Shown here piece by piece: positions 30,951-42,317 of a stretch of DNA of 64,000 nt. Origin of the DNA: Wickerhamiella versatilis. Taxonomy: Eukaryota. The DNA lies in contig JAQOWU010000008.1 in the NCBI GenBank assembly GCA_030867685.1, forward strand, positions 2,666,001-2,730,000, written 5' to 3'. Numbering within the stretch: position 1 is the stretch's first letter; the number at the start of each line of letters is the position of its first letter. The position numbers were made by a program, and so were the translations under genes. A model generated the notes under the pieces. The model was given only the letters and a program-made list of their open reading frames with translations. It searched no databases and was not told the origin of the DNA.

Positions 30951-32246
30951 TTATAAGGATTGGACGTACTTTCCGAGACGTTTGTACTCAGTGAGTAGTT
31001 GACGGACATCACTGATGGTGAGCTGTTCTGGGTCACTATGGAGAAACCGGGTATTGACTGCAGGTGGAGGGGTTTGGCTTAATTGCTTCGACAGCATACC
31101 TTTATAATTTTGAATAGTAGCACCTAGTGAGCCCAATGAGAAAGTGCTGCTGGGGTTGTAGCGGGAGCTTCGCGAACTCTGCGAGCTGGACCTGCTTCGC
31201 GACCGTAGGCGATTGGCAGGGTGCGGAGCAGCTTCGATGGGGGCAAATACAGCCGGATCCACATCTCCAGGGAATTCGTCAACCACCAGGCTTTCAACAA
31301 TAGTTATTGAAGCCTCCAGGTTTGTGAGGCAATATTCAGCCTGAGACACTATCGCGCTCTTACGTCGGAACCTGTGGATATATTGGAATTGTGACCAAAT
31401 ATTGTTCATTCCACTGGTGATCATGCAATGAAGAAAGCAGGGCAGGATGTGATCGCCGGCCGATGCTCCTGCCCCGCCTAACGTCTTCTCCAGGGCCGAA
31501 GCGATATGCTGATGTGCCTGTACGATCTGGTTTAATTTATCCTGCGGAGATCGTTCAAGTCCAACTGCCTGCAGTGCATTCGTAGCTGGCTGCAAAGCCT
31601 CACACAGCGCAGGATTGTCGAGAAGCAGCAGCTGCTTAGCGGCGAAGTCAGGATGGGTCCTCAATACGTCGAATCTCCCCTGGATCTTGCGGCAACGCTC
31701 GCGATCTGATATATCAGTTGAGGGTTCAAATAATTTAGGGTACAATGTTACAGTAAGACGTTGCTCAACGGCATCGAGAGCATGCTCGATGCGGCGGTCC
31801 TGGTGACGGCGCTGCCGCTTCTTTGTTGCCAGCTCTGAGCTGCTGAGCATTGGCATGCCAAGATTATCAGGATGATTTGATGCTGGTTCAAGTTTAGTGG
31901 CAAGGCCGCGATAGAACTCCTGGAATAGCCAGGCAATTTCATCCCCGCTCAAGGCCTTGGCGTACTTGGGCTCCTGCAAACTCTTCACAAAATTTTCTGC
32001 AGCAGCATCAGCGGCCATCATGATGTCTCGCGCACTTTCGTGCTCTCCGTGGTCGACGTTCTCCTCTAAAATAGTGTGATTCACGGGCGATTTTGACGGG
32101 CTTCTGTCAGCTCCGGTCTCTCTATCTCGCCATGCCTCTACTGTTTCGTAGCTCACATTTACGCTAGTCTCAGGTGTAAAAAAGAATGGCTTTCGATGAG
32201 GAGCTCCAGCACCTGCCTGCGGTGGACGGAGACTCGCAAGGTCCAT
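30951..32246 (-). CDS. VPS9-domain Rab5 GEF (Muk1-like)
   Basis: SPQDKL...H, GDHILP, YIHRFR and AEYCLTNLEA; C-terminal RFL...PEQLTISDV..LL.EYKRL. ATG at 32246. Confidence 0.82.
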   Translation of the reverse strand: MDLASLRPPQAGAGAPHRKPFFFTPETSVNVSYETVEAWRDRETGADRSPSKSPVNHTILEENVDHGEHESARDIMMAADAAAENFVKSLQEPKYAKALSGDEIAWLFQEFYRGLATKLEPASNHPDNLGMPMLSSSELATKKRQRRHQDRRIEHALDAVEQRLTVTLYPKLFEPSTDISDRERCRKIQGRFDVLRTHPDFAAKQLLLLDNPALCEALQPATNALQAVGLERSPQDKLNQIVQAHQHIASALEKTLGGAGASAGDHILPCFLHCMITSGMNNIWSQFQYIHRFRRKSAIVSQAEYCLTNLEASITIVESLVVDEFPGDVDPAVFAPIEAAPHPANRLRSRSRSSSQSSRSSRYNPSSTFSLGSLGATIQNYKGMLSKQLSQTPPPAVNTRFLHSDPEQLTISDVRQLLTEYKRLGKYVQSL

Positions 32247-32671
32247 AGCCAATGTGATGAAAGGAGACGAGGTTTTGGGCAGCTATGTAATCTAAGCGGC
32301 CTAATTGCCGGTGCAGGTACACTTCTAAATAAAACTCCCAACTAAGTCGGGTTTAAATGATGCGTTTAGAGCGAGAGTGTGTTAGAATGCACAAAAAAAT
32401 AAGGATTTGTCTTGCGTGTGATGAACTTTGAGTGGTTTCATAATATCAGTACCAAACCACCGGAAACTACTAATTCGGCGGTCACAAGACATATGTGGGG
32501 AATTGAAAGAAAAAAGGTGGTATGACAAGCTAGTCTATTTACAAAATGAACATATTTAATTTTTTCCTTTGCAAGCTAAACGAGGTTTCTCGAAAATTCG
32601 CACCAGTTAACACCGGATGATTACATACGCACTATATAGCTCTGGGGACGAAGGCCGTTTCCTTGCCCTGG

Positions 32672-33073
32672 ATGAAACGTAGAGCAGATGCCTTTCCTGA
32701 GCAAGGCCAGCCGTCTAAAAAACTTGCGAGAATTCTATCAGAGCTTTCACTGAACGATCAGCTCTCTAGGAAGGTCACGGATGTGCACGAGATTGATGAT
32801 GACAAGGAGGACACCCTGATCAATAATGTCGAGGTAGATAGGAGGTTCCTGGAGATTCCACCGGAGATAGCCGCGTCCTTCCAGCCGCAAGGCCAGGAAC
32901 CAAACGCTCTAATACTTTATAAACCCATGTCGATGCCTAATCCGTATACAAGCGATGAGCCAATTGTCGAGTTCCCGGACGAACCCAGCGACAGCAACAA
33001 TTATCATGCCACTGGAACTCAGAATTATAAACAAATAACGGATGGGGCTGATGTCATGGAGATCGATGACTGA
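32672..33073 (+). CDS. Small hypothetical protein
   Basis: MKRRA...KKLARILSELSL, ALILYKP and C-terminal MEIDD are motifs typical of small conserved fungal proteins. Coding-like composition, with TATA-like tatata upstream. Confidence 0.6.
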   Translation: MKRRADAFPEQGQPSKKLARILSELSLNDQLSRKVTDVHEIDDDKEDTLINNVEVDRRFLEIPPEIAASFQPQGQEPNALILYKPMSMPNPYTSDEPIVEFPDEPSDSNNYHATGTQNYKQITDGADVMEIDD

Positions 33074-33206
33074 CCCGGATATTAATGATGTTATGACTTA
33101 AGATTTACGACTTCGACAGCACTAAGTATTGCATTGTGTCTATAAGATAAATTTAGATGCTCATCATGCTAGATAAAAAAGTAGCAGGACATGAGGGGAC
33201 AGAATA

Positions 33207-34910
33207 CTATCGCGCATAGAGCGCTAGTTTAGTTCCATTTCGTAACAGATGCTCAAATGCACTCGAAGATTCTACCGGCGATCCTGAGAGATCAGAACTA
33301 GTGTACAGCTCGGGTTGCGTACCTAGGCGATCGGATATCCGAGCGTAAACTTCGGGCCATGGCGTTGGGTGCGGGATCCGCATTGCAATAACGTCATGTG
33401 AATTAGTGTGTATTTTGAGCTTTAGGGTGGGTACTCCACTGAGGTTACTCTTGGACGGGAAGCTCCGCAGAGTATGGGCCTGGATTTGTGAATTTGATGG
33501 GGGTGCCGACACAACCGATGTGTTCCCAAGCTCTGGGCTACCGGTAACTGCTGCCGGGGTCATGGGAGAAGGGGAGGGCATTCCGGAAATTGATGCGGTG
33601 TTTATTGAGCCCTCAGAGCCAATACGCCGTGCAACGTCATCATCTGGCGGCTGGGGTAGCTCTGTTGTTGGTTCCTGGCTATCAATATCTCCCTGGCGGG
33701 GGTGAAACAGCTGCAAAACCATTGCGCTGCGAGAGATTTTAGGTGGCATACGAATGAGGGCTTTGACATAGTCGTCGAGATTAGCGCACCGTTGAGAAGA
33801 TATCTTGTGATTGACCAGGGTGAGAGGACCCGGCATGAAGGGGAGCGTTCGTGTCTGGCCCGTGCGACCGGCCTCATCAGGAAACACGTCCAGAAGCTTG
33901 ATTTGAAAGTCGTAAAATTCTTGATAAAACCTACAGAGGTTGCGGTAATGACCATTAGACATCTCAGCTTTTAGTAGATACCAATAGCGACCGCCTGTAA
34001 TGGCAAACTTATCGACCCTGGCCTTCACCACATGCACGGTCCCTGGGGCGGCGATTGGCGCTTTCGAGGATGATTGGGCATCTGCAGAATTGTTCCAGGG
34101 ACCACTGGCATTGGAACTCTGGAATGAGGAGCTCGTTGTCGACTCGAACTTACCCAGAGGTATGCTGGACGCCTTATATTCCGCAGCCCGACGCTTCCAC
34201 TCGTCAACATTGGGCACGCCAGCGCGCCGTATAGCTGCTTGCACATCCTCGGGAGGTATTGGCATGTCATTTCCCACCTCACGGAGTTCAACATAGCTGA
34301 CGGGAATGAGTCCCGGCCCACCAAGCCTTCCAATGGGTTTAGCGACAAACCATTCTTCATTCGACTGGGCAATCACGACGATGGATTCTCCTGCTCGCGC
34401 ATCAAGCTCATCATTGCGCTCTGCAGTGAAATCATAGAGCACAAACCCGTAAAGCATCATGGACGCCCGGGACCGGGATGTCCCCTTGGAGCTGGTTGTG
34501 GATTGACTCACTCTCTGCGAATGCCCCTTGACGGGAGTGGTAGCTTGGTGGGACCCATAGGTTCGTGCAGATGGGGTGGCTGAATTATGGTTAGTTTGCG
34601 CATGCATCGCGTGAGTTAAACTCACAGTATTGGTAGGCTCCTGGCGATGGATAACCGTGAAGTATGACCTCGGGACAAGGCCTGACGTATTGGCAAGCGG
34701 GTCGCACGCCACAAACCAGTCCCTGTCGCTATCATCCAGCACGTAAAGGAAATGTCCTTTCTCAAACGACATCTCATCACTATGCTGGGCGGTGTAAGGG
34801 TGGTCAGCTCGGATAATCTGCTTGGGGGCGGCAACTGCTAGTTGACTCTTTGCTTCGCGTGGCGATTCATGCCGCCACTCGCCACGAAGACGCCGCAGAC
34901 CTTTAATCAT
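33207..34910 (-). CDS. BEM1: Polarity scaffold Bem1/Scd2
   Basis: Two SH3 domains, EWFVAKPIGRLGGPGLIP, PX domain (LCRFYQEFYDFQI.LL..FP.EAG...LPFMPGP) and C-terminal PB1. Confidence 0.95.
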   Translation of the reverse strand: MIKGLRRLRGEWRHESPREAKSQLAVAAPKQIIRADHPYTAQHSDEMSFEKGHFLYVLDDSDRDWFVACDPLANTSGLVPRSYFTVIHRQEPTNTVSLTHAMHAQTNHNSATPSARTYGSHQATTPVKGHSQRVSQSTTSSKGTSRSRASMMLYGFVLYDFTAERNDELDARAGESIVVIAQSNEEWFVAKPIGRLGGPGLIPVSYVELREVGNDMPIPPEDVQAAIRRAGVPNVDEWKRRAAEYKASSIPLGKFESTTSSSFQSSNASGPWNNSADAQSSSKAPIAAPGTVHVVKARVDKFAITGGRYWYLLKAEMSNGHYRNLCRFYQEFYDFQIKLLDVFPDEAGRTGQTRTLPFMPGPLTLVNHKISSQRCANLDDYVKALIRMPPKISRSAMVLQLFHPRQGDIDSQEPTTELPQPPDDDVARRIGSEGSINTASISGMPSPSPMTPAAVTGSPELGNTSVVSAPPSNSQIQAHTLRSFPSKSNLSGVPTLKLKIHTNSHDVIAMRIPHPTPWPEVYARISDRLGTQPELYTSSDLSGSPVESSSAFEHLLRNGTKLALYAR

Positions 34911-35438
34911 TGTCGTATATCTTTTTCCCCTTTCTATTAATGACTAAGATGCGCGGCTTGACGTATGTCGAGCGATGCGCATATCGATTACTTTAGTATA
35001 CTCAGCCCATTTAAAGATCAATAGCGGTCAATTATGCGTAAAGTTTCAGTTTAATGGTTTTATCATGTTCTTGACACAAAGTTATCAGCGTGAAATCACC
35101 ATGCGTCCACGGTGTCCACGCTAATAGTTACGAAACGTATTAACAGGGTTAGGAACATCTAATTTCAGGTGGTGCAGGTGGCTGACTATTTAAAGTACTT
35201 CCCAAATATAATTACTGAATTTGCTGAACCGTGAATGGTAAGGTAACGTGATAACATCTATATGGTTTTGATGGTCACAACTGACAGCCCCGATTCTGTT
35301 TAAAGAAACTGAGGAGGGGGTTATTTTGCTATATTTATCTTCGTCATTATAATATGTAAGCGCCACGACCCTCGTGGATTGTGCAGGCCACGCTGGTGTT
35401 GACACTAAATCACTTGCTGGCTTACTAAGCCTCACGAT

Positions 35439-36389
35439 ATGCTCGAGAAGGAACTTCAAGTCGCTCTTAACGCGGTGAGGGCGGCCTCTCATATCACCAG
35501 GAAGGTGCAGCACACGCAGATAAGCTCATTTGGCAAGGAAGACTCATCCCCGGTGACGTTTGCCGACTACGCTGCCCAGGGAGTTATTATTTCAGCAGTC
35601 AAGCGGGCGTTCCCTAAGGATCCTTTTGTGGGAGAGGAGGATGCTGATAAGCTACGGCGGCACCCCAAGCTAGCCGATGCGGTGTTCGAGCTCTCCAAGG
35701 ATTACGGTGTCGGTACGAAGGAGGACCTTCTTGATGCGATTGACCAGGGCGACTGTCCTGGAGGACCGGTTGGGCGCCAGTGGGCACTCGACCCTGTCGA
35801 TGGAACCAAGGGGTTTTTACGTGGTGGACAGTATGCCATATGCCTGGCGCTGATAGTGGACAGCAAGGTACAGCTGGGCGTTATTGGTTGCCCAAATCTC
35901 GATGAATGCGGTGGCCTCTTTTGGGCCGTGAAAGGCGCTGGATCCTGGTACCAGCCCCTTAACAACCCCGAAGCGGTCCCCCAAAATATTTCGTTCAAGC
36001 ATCTGAAGTCAACCAAAGACGCAATTTTCTGTGAGAGTGTCGAGGGTGGCCACTCGAATCTGGGAGCTCAGGCTCAGATTGCTGAGGACCTAGGCATAAC
36101 GAAGAACCCGCTTCGAATGGATAGCCAGGCTAAGTACTGTGTGCTTGCCAAGGGTGACGCTGATATCTATCTGCGGTTACCTGTTTCCTTGACGTACGAA
36201 GAGAAAATATGGGATCACGCCTCGGGATCTCTTCTCGTGACCGAGGCAGGAGGAATTGTTACCGACATGTATGGCCGGGATCTCGACTTCGGTCAGGGTC
36301 GGACGTTGAAAAACAACAAGGGTGTCATTGCATCCAATCGCAAGACGCACCCGGTAATTTTAGCGAAGCTCGCATCTATGGGTAAGTGA
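35439..36389 (+). CDS. MET22: 3'(2'),5'-bisphosphate nucleotidase
   Basis: K.D.SPVT.ADY, GEED, WALDPVDGTKGFLRG.QYA, RMDSQAKY and EKIWDHA.G. Confidence 0.95.
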   Translation: MLEKELQVALNAVRAASHITRKVQHTQISSFGKEDSSPVTFADYAAQGVIISAVKRAFPKDPFVGEEDADKLRRHPKLADAVFELSKDYGVGTKEDLLDAIDQGDCPGGPVGRQWALDPVDGTKGFLRGGQYAICLALIVDSKVQLGVIGCPNLDECGGLFWAVKGAGSWYQPLNNPEAVPQNISFKHLKSTKDAIFCESVEGGHSNLGAQAQIAEDLGITKNPLRMDSQAKYCVLAKGDADIYLRLPVSLTYEEKIWDHASGSLLVTEAGGIVTDMYGRDLDFGQGRTLKNNKGVIASNRKTHPVILAKLASMGK

Positions 36390-37208
36390 TTTAAGCCCCT
36401 CTTAGTTTCTATGGGTCTGTAATTATTTTAGTGCTTTATGGCCTGTGTTCTCATAATGATTCCTATTCTATGTTTCTATTAGTACTCGGTATACGTAAGC
36501 GACCCGCCCACTCCACGTTTTCGGTATTAGCAATGTATAACGTAAACACGGACATAAGTCGCTCGACTGCGCGGGACCTCCCCCGGATCCGGCTGAGAAT
36601 GACCTAAGGTGCACGTCGGGGCGGAGGGGTCGGGGGTAAACATAGAAAAGACGGGCTCCGGGATTGCTCCGACGGAATTCTTTTCAATAACTACGCTAAC
36701 AGCCGGGTTTGTGAGAAAAAAAAACTTTATAAAAATTTATGTCCGTTCTGTATAGTAGATCTGAATATCTCGAAAACATACCCTTGGGTAAGGTTAATGT
36801 TGTCCAGGTTATTTTTGTTTCATGATAAAACGGTATCAAGACTAGCTGGCTGAATTGAATTGTAGTTATGTAGTGCGTGTGATTTCTTCTTATCTATATT
36901 TTTTATTGTTTTGCATGTAGCAGCTTGTTTGCGCAAACAATCTTGCAGTATGCCAGTCTGACAAAGTTTACTATCGGAGTTTGTCACGTGATTAATAGTT
37001 CGGATATATTGAAGTAAAGTCAGCAAGGTTTGCAACAGCAAGCTGCCAACACATCGATCAAAAAGATTGAAGATTCCTCTCACAATAGCCAAAGCGCTAA
37101 ATACTTATTATTTTTTTTTACCATAACTTCTCCAAAAGTTTTTCTTGTAGAAGCAACCGCATAAATTGGCAGGAATCAGATTGAACAAATTCTAACTCTC
37201 GAAAAAAA

Positions 37209-37946
37209 ATGGGTGATATTGCTTGTGGACTCGAGGACAAAGCAGTATATGAAGAAGAACCTCCAAAGGAAGGTGCATCTCGAAAATATGTTCCTATTCG
37301 CCCGGCTTTTAGGCCGTTGTTGCCAAAATCGTCTGCCGACGCGGGTTCGGTAAACCGGGGTCTGCAGTCCAAGTTGCGTGGACCACGTTTGCACAGCGCT
37401 ACCGCTACTGATGCTGGTAATAGTACAAATAAGAAACGGAGGATTGTTCCTTCGTCGGGAGCCTCAAAGTCCCCATCTGATCCTCTTCAACAAATGACGA
37501 CCGGCGAACTGCCGAGTACTGTTGCACCGGCAAATCTCGTCAACAAACGTCGGAAGCTGCCTAACTCCAGCGCTACGGGTAAGATTTCGGTGCTAGACCG
37601 AGATAGTGGTCTTGCGTCCCCACCTTTGTCGTTGGCTCCGCAGGAGATCACGCGGCAAGATATAGGGAAGCAAGTCCCACAGCAGGATCAGAAGCCACTT
37701 TATTCCAATACTCTACCTGTGACTCCAGGCTTGAGCCCGGCGGATCCATTTGAGGATCCTCTGTTCTGCGCAATTCCTTTTAACAATTCAGAGGGACAAA
37801 ATACAGCTAGCTTGTCCTTTGAGGGTTTGCCATTAGACAGCTTTACTGATCAATTCCTAAATTTTGGTTCGTTTCCTACTGTGGAGGACCGTCCAGATCA
37901 CTTTGATCCGATGGAGTTCTTTGGGCCTGCCGTCGACATCTTTTAA
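37209..37946 (+). CDS. Hypothetical disordered protein with two NLS-like repeats and an acidic/aromatic C-terminus
   Basis: 245-codon ORF with AAAAAAATG context, GC richer than its flanks. No family recognised. Confidence 0.6.
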   Translation: MGDIACGLEDKAVYEEEPPKEGASRKYVPIRPAFRPLLPKSSADAGSVNRGLQSKLRGPRLHSATATDAGNSTNKKRRIVPSSGASKSPSDPLQQMTTGELPSTVAPANLVNKRRKLPNSSATGKISVLDRDSGLASPPLSLAPQEITRQDIGKQVPQQDQKPLYSNTLPVTPGLSPADPFEDPLFCAIPFNNSEGQNTASLSFEGLPLDSFTDQFLNFGSFPTVEDRPDHFDPMEFFGPAVDIF

Positions 37947-38542
37947 TTGATTTCACGACGACTGTTATGAAGTGACGACCTAGATGTTTATATAGTCTGT
38001 CTATGTAAAATCGCGCCTACTTTATTCATAGAGAAAATAAATTCTCAAGTGTAATTAATGAGAGTGTACCGTTTCTGCACTATAATGGGGCTGCTTGCTA
38101 ATCCGTATTGTTACTGCTATTATTATCAACTTCAGTCCCCGCATTCTTCGCTGTATATCGTATGATTGATCTCTTATTTTTTGCGTGTACTAAATAATAC
38201 AAAATAGCGTTGGATTATTGAAATTTTTAACAGATAGTTTGGAAATAATATAAAACATCAGCCTATGCTCTTATGGGGCTTTTTTTTCAAAGGTGAAGCG
38301 ACCGGAAGCAAAACTACCTTTTCAAGTGAGAATATTTAGTGATTACCATCAAAACCCCTTTTTATTACCAGGAATTGTGATCTGCCTCTTTCCGTTTGTC
38401 GTGAAGAAAGGAAAGAACGGACAAAGAAAGGGGGTCTCGACTACCCAGTCAGAGATTTCCAGATGCTAAGGACCACTACTGTGTCCAGAATGCGCGAGTT
38501 TTCATTGTCCTCTTACATCGTCGTTTTCTTTTGGTTTGTTAT

Positions 38543-39175
38543 TTAATTTCGACGCGCTATGGGTCTGATCCAAGCAGGCAATGCCAGAGGATTATGGCGG
38601 GACCACTTGGGATATACGTCCTCTAGGAAGAATACACAATGACCTATCAATAATCCAAGGATTTCATTCGTAACAAGTCGTGGCTGAACCATTATCGTGA
38701 ACGCCAGCTGAACGTAGATGAGATAGTCAGCTGGCAGCCTGAAAACAAGGAACACAAGAACATGATCATTGGGGTTTCTACGCATCCACATATATGCTAT
38801 AGCTGTACTCAAAGCAGATGCTGGAAAGCGAATATTCGCCAAAGGTGCTATGGCCAACAAGGCACCTGACATCAGCGTGAGGACCCAGGCGTAGGTAGCA
38901 CTGTCGTTGTAGTGAGCCGTCTCAATCCAACTACTAAACATATAAGTTTGTGCAGCACTAGGTATCATTATTAGATCGAATTCACCCTGATATGCTAGCG
39001 CAGTGAATGGGCGCCACACATCCCCACCTATAGTTGCAGCCGGAACGTATGCAAGTAACTGCTCTGCAACAAAATGTAGACGCACAGCTATTGCAAGACT
39101 CAGCATGGACAATACCAAGACGCGAGTTACGGGCGGTATGTCAAGAACCGCTCCTACCAGACGGTCCATATCCAT
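38543..39175 (-). CDS. DER1: Derlin (ERAD rhomboid pseudoprotease)
   Basis: IPPVTR, WRPFT, YMW.RRNP and GLLIGH..FFLEDVYP. Confidence 0.85.
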   Translation of the reverse strand: MDMDRLVGAVLDIPPVTRVLVLSMLSLAIAVRLHFVAEQLLAYVPAATIGGDVWRPFTALAYQGEFDLIMIPSAAQTYMFSSWIETAHYNDSATYAWVLTLMSGALLAIAPLANIRFPASALSTAIAYMWMRRNPNDHVLVFLVFRLPADYLIYVQLAFTIMVQPRLVTNEILGLLIGHCVFFLEDVYPKWSRHNPLALPAWIRPIARRN

Positions 39176-39220
39176 CCTTTCCCTGCCAGCTGGCTGACTG
39201 AGCGAGTGGATTTTGGGGCC

Positions 39221-40141
39221 ATGGAAGGTAAAATGACCTCTGTCTCAGAGTGTCCATGGAATATTGATAACGAGTTAGTTCTCACTGCACCTTACAGGTA
39301 TTTGTTAAATCATCCTGGTAAGGATATCAGAAGAGAGCTTGTGAAGGCATTGAATGAGGTTTTCTGTGCACCTGAAAAGTATTTATCTTTTGTTCAACAT
39401 GTGACTGAGGGTCTTCATACCGCATCTTTATTGTTAGACGATGTTGAGGATGACTCTCTTTTACGTCGAGGAAGACCCACAGCTCATTTAATATATGGTA
39501 AGGCCCAGACTGTCAATAGCGCCACCTACATGGTTTTTATACATCTCCAAAATACGAAGGCTCTACTAGGCGATCAAGCTGCTAGTTTTTTTATTGAGGA
39601 AATGATGTTTCTACATCGGGGTCAAGGCCTAGATATTCACTGGCGTGAAAGCTCTACCTGTCCCACAGAAAGCGAGTATTTAAATATGGTGGCAAATAAG
39701 ACTGGTGGTTTATTTAGATTAGCCGCAAGGCTTCTCAGCTGCCACGGAGAGAATTATGCTTCCCTCTCTCCCTTTCTTAATGCTCTAGGGGTGTACTACC
39801 AGATACAGGATGACTACTTAAATCTAATTGACGGGGGCTATCAGACATCAAAAGGCTTTTGCGACGACATAAGTGAAGGAAAATACAGCTTTCCAGTCAT
39901 CCATAGCCTCAGGGCAAAACCACATAGTGAGTTAGGCTCAATACTGCGGTTAAAGACACAAGATCCTGGTATAAAGCAAGTTGCGTTGAAATGTCTCGAA
40001 GAAACTAAAAGTCTTGACTATACACTGTCATTCCTACAGATGCAAAGCCAGGAAGTAATAAACGAGCTTCAAAGATTGAAAGCCAATGGGCATAATGTTA
40101 CTGCGCTCGAAAGGCTAGTTCACGTAGCACTTAAGATATAG
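39221..40141 (+). CDS. BTS1: Geranylgeranyl diphosphate synthase
   Basis: PGKDIR, LHTASLLLDDVEDDSLLRRG, LHRGQGLDI.W, KTGGLF and YQIQDDY. Confidence 0.95.
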   Translation: MEGKMTSVSECPWNIDNELVLTAPYRYLLNHPGKDIRRELVKALNEVFCAPEKYLSFVQHVTEGLHTASLLLDDVEDDSLLRRGRPTAHLIYGKAQTVNSATYMVFIHLQNTKALLGDQAASFFIEEMMFLHRGQGLDIHWRESSTCPTESEYLNMVANKTGGLFRLAARLLSCHGENYASLSPFLNALGVYYQIQDDYLNLIDGGYQTSKGFCDDISEGKYSFPVIHSLRAKPHSELGSILRLKTQDPGIKQVALKCLEETKSLDYTLSFLQMQSQEVINELQRLKANGHNVTALERLVHVALKI

Positions 40142-40268
40142 ATTATTAGCCACGATGAATCCTGCATGATTTTTATTGACACTGGAGAGGAAAAAGACAT
40201 TCATTTTAGTAGGTTTAACTACACTAACTGGTTGTGGAGCTTGGTGCATAACGTGTTGTCAGCAGCGA

Positions 40269-41705
40269 ATGATCACCCCGGCAGGAGCACTCCTCAACTG
40301 TCTCAATAGGCCTCCTTGGCAATGGCTGCAGTTTTGGACGGTTCTTGCTGCAGCTGTAATCATATGGGCTGCGGTAGGGCTGGGCCCGTATTCAGGCTTC
40401 CACTCCCCGCCTATGTATGGAGACTTCGAGGCCCAGCGCCATTGGATGGAAATAACACAATACCTTCCTGCCTCTCAGTGGTACCACTATGATCTTGAAT
40501 GGTGGGGACTCGACTATCCGCCGCTTACCGCGTATCATTCTTGGATTATTGGCCACCTTGGTTCGTTATTCGACAAGCGCTGGTTCGCGTTGGATGCCAG
40601 CCGCGGCTTGGAGGACCCTGCTCTTAAAAACTTCATGCGAAACACGGTAATAGTGAACCTTCTGGCTGTATGGGTACCTGCTGTTGCTTTTTATCAGAGC
40701 TTTCTTCCTGTACTCAAGCGCTCGGAGGTCATTGGCATAATATTTATGTTACCCAGCCTAACATTGATTGATTGTGGACATTTCCAGTACAATGGCGTGA
40801 TGCTAGGCCTGTCAGTGGCTTCCTTAGACTTTCTTCAGCGACGCAGATTCGTTTGGGCCAGTATTGCGTTTGTAGCTGCTCTGTTTTTCAAACAAATGAC
40901 TCTTTATTATGCTCCAGCTATCTTTGTTATAATTCTGGGTAACTGCATCAGACCGCTGCGATTAGGACGACTCTTCGCTGTAGGGATCACAGTCATATGC
41001 ATGTCATTGTTGCTTATTTCTCCATTCCTTGATCTTGATGAGCTGAACCAGGTACTTTTCCGGGTTTTCCCATTTGCTCGAGGACTATGGGAGGACAAAG
41101 TTGCAAACTTGTGGTGCACACTTAATACCGCCATAAAGCTAAGGCAAGTATTCACACAAACAGAGTTGCAGCAGCTGGCACTTGGGGCCACAATGATAGC
41201 GATACTACCGTCCTGCATAATAGGTCTTGTCAAGGCAAAGAACTCGAAGGTATTACCATGGGTATTCGGGTCCTGTGCATGGGCATTTTTCCTCTTTTCC
41301 TTTCAGGTGCATGAAAAGTCTGTACTTCTGCCCTTGGTACCCACAACACTCACCTTGTTCCAGGGTCCTCAACCGTTAGTCCTCTGGATAAACAATATAG
41401 CCTACTACTCGATGTGGCCGTTGCTCAAGCGCGAGGGCTTGTCATACCAATATTTTGTTGTTCTAGCTCTATGGAATTGGCTTTTTGCTGCATGGCGTCA
41501 ACTACCTAGGCAGTGGTTGCACAGGTTGGTTGTTGTCGGCTCTTACGCGGCCATCGCGGTGCTTGCGGTCACAGAGTACGCGGAGCTTGTGCCTATACTA
41601 TCCAAGTATCCAGATATATGGGTTGTGCTAAACTGCACCCTCTCCTTTGCTTGCTTTAGTTACTTCTGGCTATGGCAAACTATTCAAGTGGGTTTCTATA
41701 TGTAA
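40269..41705 (+). CDS. ALG6: Dolichyl-P-Glc alpha-1,3-glucosyltransferase
   Basis: PPMYGDFEAQRHWMEIT, WGLDYPPLTAYHS, ID.GHFQYN, RVFPFARGLWEDKVAN.WC and FQVHEKS. First ATG at 40269. Confidence 0.95.
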   Translation: MITPAGALLNCLNRPPWQWLQFWTVLAAAVIIWAAVGLGPYSGFHSPPMYGDFEAQRHWMEITQYLPASQWYHYDLEWWGLDYPPLTAYHSWIIGHLGSLFDKRWFALDASRGLEDPALKNFMRNTVIVNLLAVWVPAVAFYQSFLPVLKRSEVIGIIFMLPSLTLIDCGHFQYNGVMLGLSVASLDFLQRRRFVWASIAFVAALFFKQMTLYYAPAIFVIILGNCIRPLRLGRLFAVGITVICMSLLLISPFLDLDELNQVLFRVFPFARGLWEDKVANLWCTLNTAIKLRQVFTQTELQQLALGATMIAILPSCIIGLVKAKNSKVLPWVFGSCAWAFFLFSFQVHEKSVLLPLVPTTLTLFQGPQPLVLWINNIAYYSMWPLLKREGLSYQYFVVLALWNWLFAAWRQLPRQWLHRLVVVGSYAAIAVLAVTEYAELVPILSKYPDIWVVLNCTLSFACFSYFWLWQTIQVGFYM

Positions 41706-41874
41706 CCTGGTAGCGAATCAGTTACCACATGTAAATATAAGTCGAACTGAATCAGAAACACAGGAAATGTTGATCTGAGTCCGTCCATTTAGCACGGGGC
41801 CGATAGTGCGTTCTTGCCCTGCACTGGTAAACGAACTGTTTGAAAAGATTTGTAATCTGCTCGGGATCTGCTTA

Positions 41875-42222
41875 TTAGGACCAGTGGGAGAGAATCGATC
41901 CGCGGGTATCTGACCCATCTAGTCTTTGGAATAAACTTTCTGTACTTGAACTAGACCCCATACTAGTTGTGTCGTATTCTTCTTCATCATGAGTGTTGGG
42001 CATACTTAAATTGCATGGCTCGTTGAATTCGCTACCTGGCGTACCGAAGTTGAAACGGTGTTCTCGCAGGGACTTTATGATTTTATGGCACTCAGCGGAC
42101 CAAAGCCCTAATTTCACTTCAAATTCAACCGATTGCCGCTCAAGCTCTGCCAGGGCATTGGTGGCTATAGAGATATCACGGGTAGCCTCAATGGGCTGCC
42201 AGCTATTACGGCGAAAGAGCAT
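41875..42222 (-). CDS. Hypothetical 115-aa protein
   Basis: ATG-started ORF filling the gap between ALG6 and the GH17-like gene; helical N-half and acidic/Ser-rich C-half. No family recognised. Confidence 0.4.
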   Translation of the reverse strand: MLFRRNSWQPIEATRDISIATNALAELERQSVEFEVKLGLWSAECHKIIKSLREHRFNFGTPGSEFNEPCNLSMPNTHDEEEYDTTSMGSSSSTESLFQRLDGSDTRGSILSHWS

Positions 42223-42317
42223 GATGATACTTTCTGAAGATTTAACTGCTATGATATAATATTATTTTACTGTGGCTTTATGCTCCAGCTGACATTAGGT
42301 TGTGGGTAGGTGTCATG

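Noticed and set aside
40176-40268. Possible intron or N-terminal extension before ALG6 (GTAGGT...ACTAAC...AG)
   Set aside because: The donor-to-branch distance is too short, and an adequate ATG exists at 40269.
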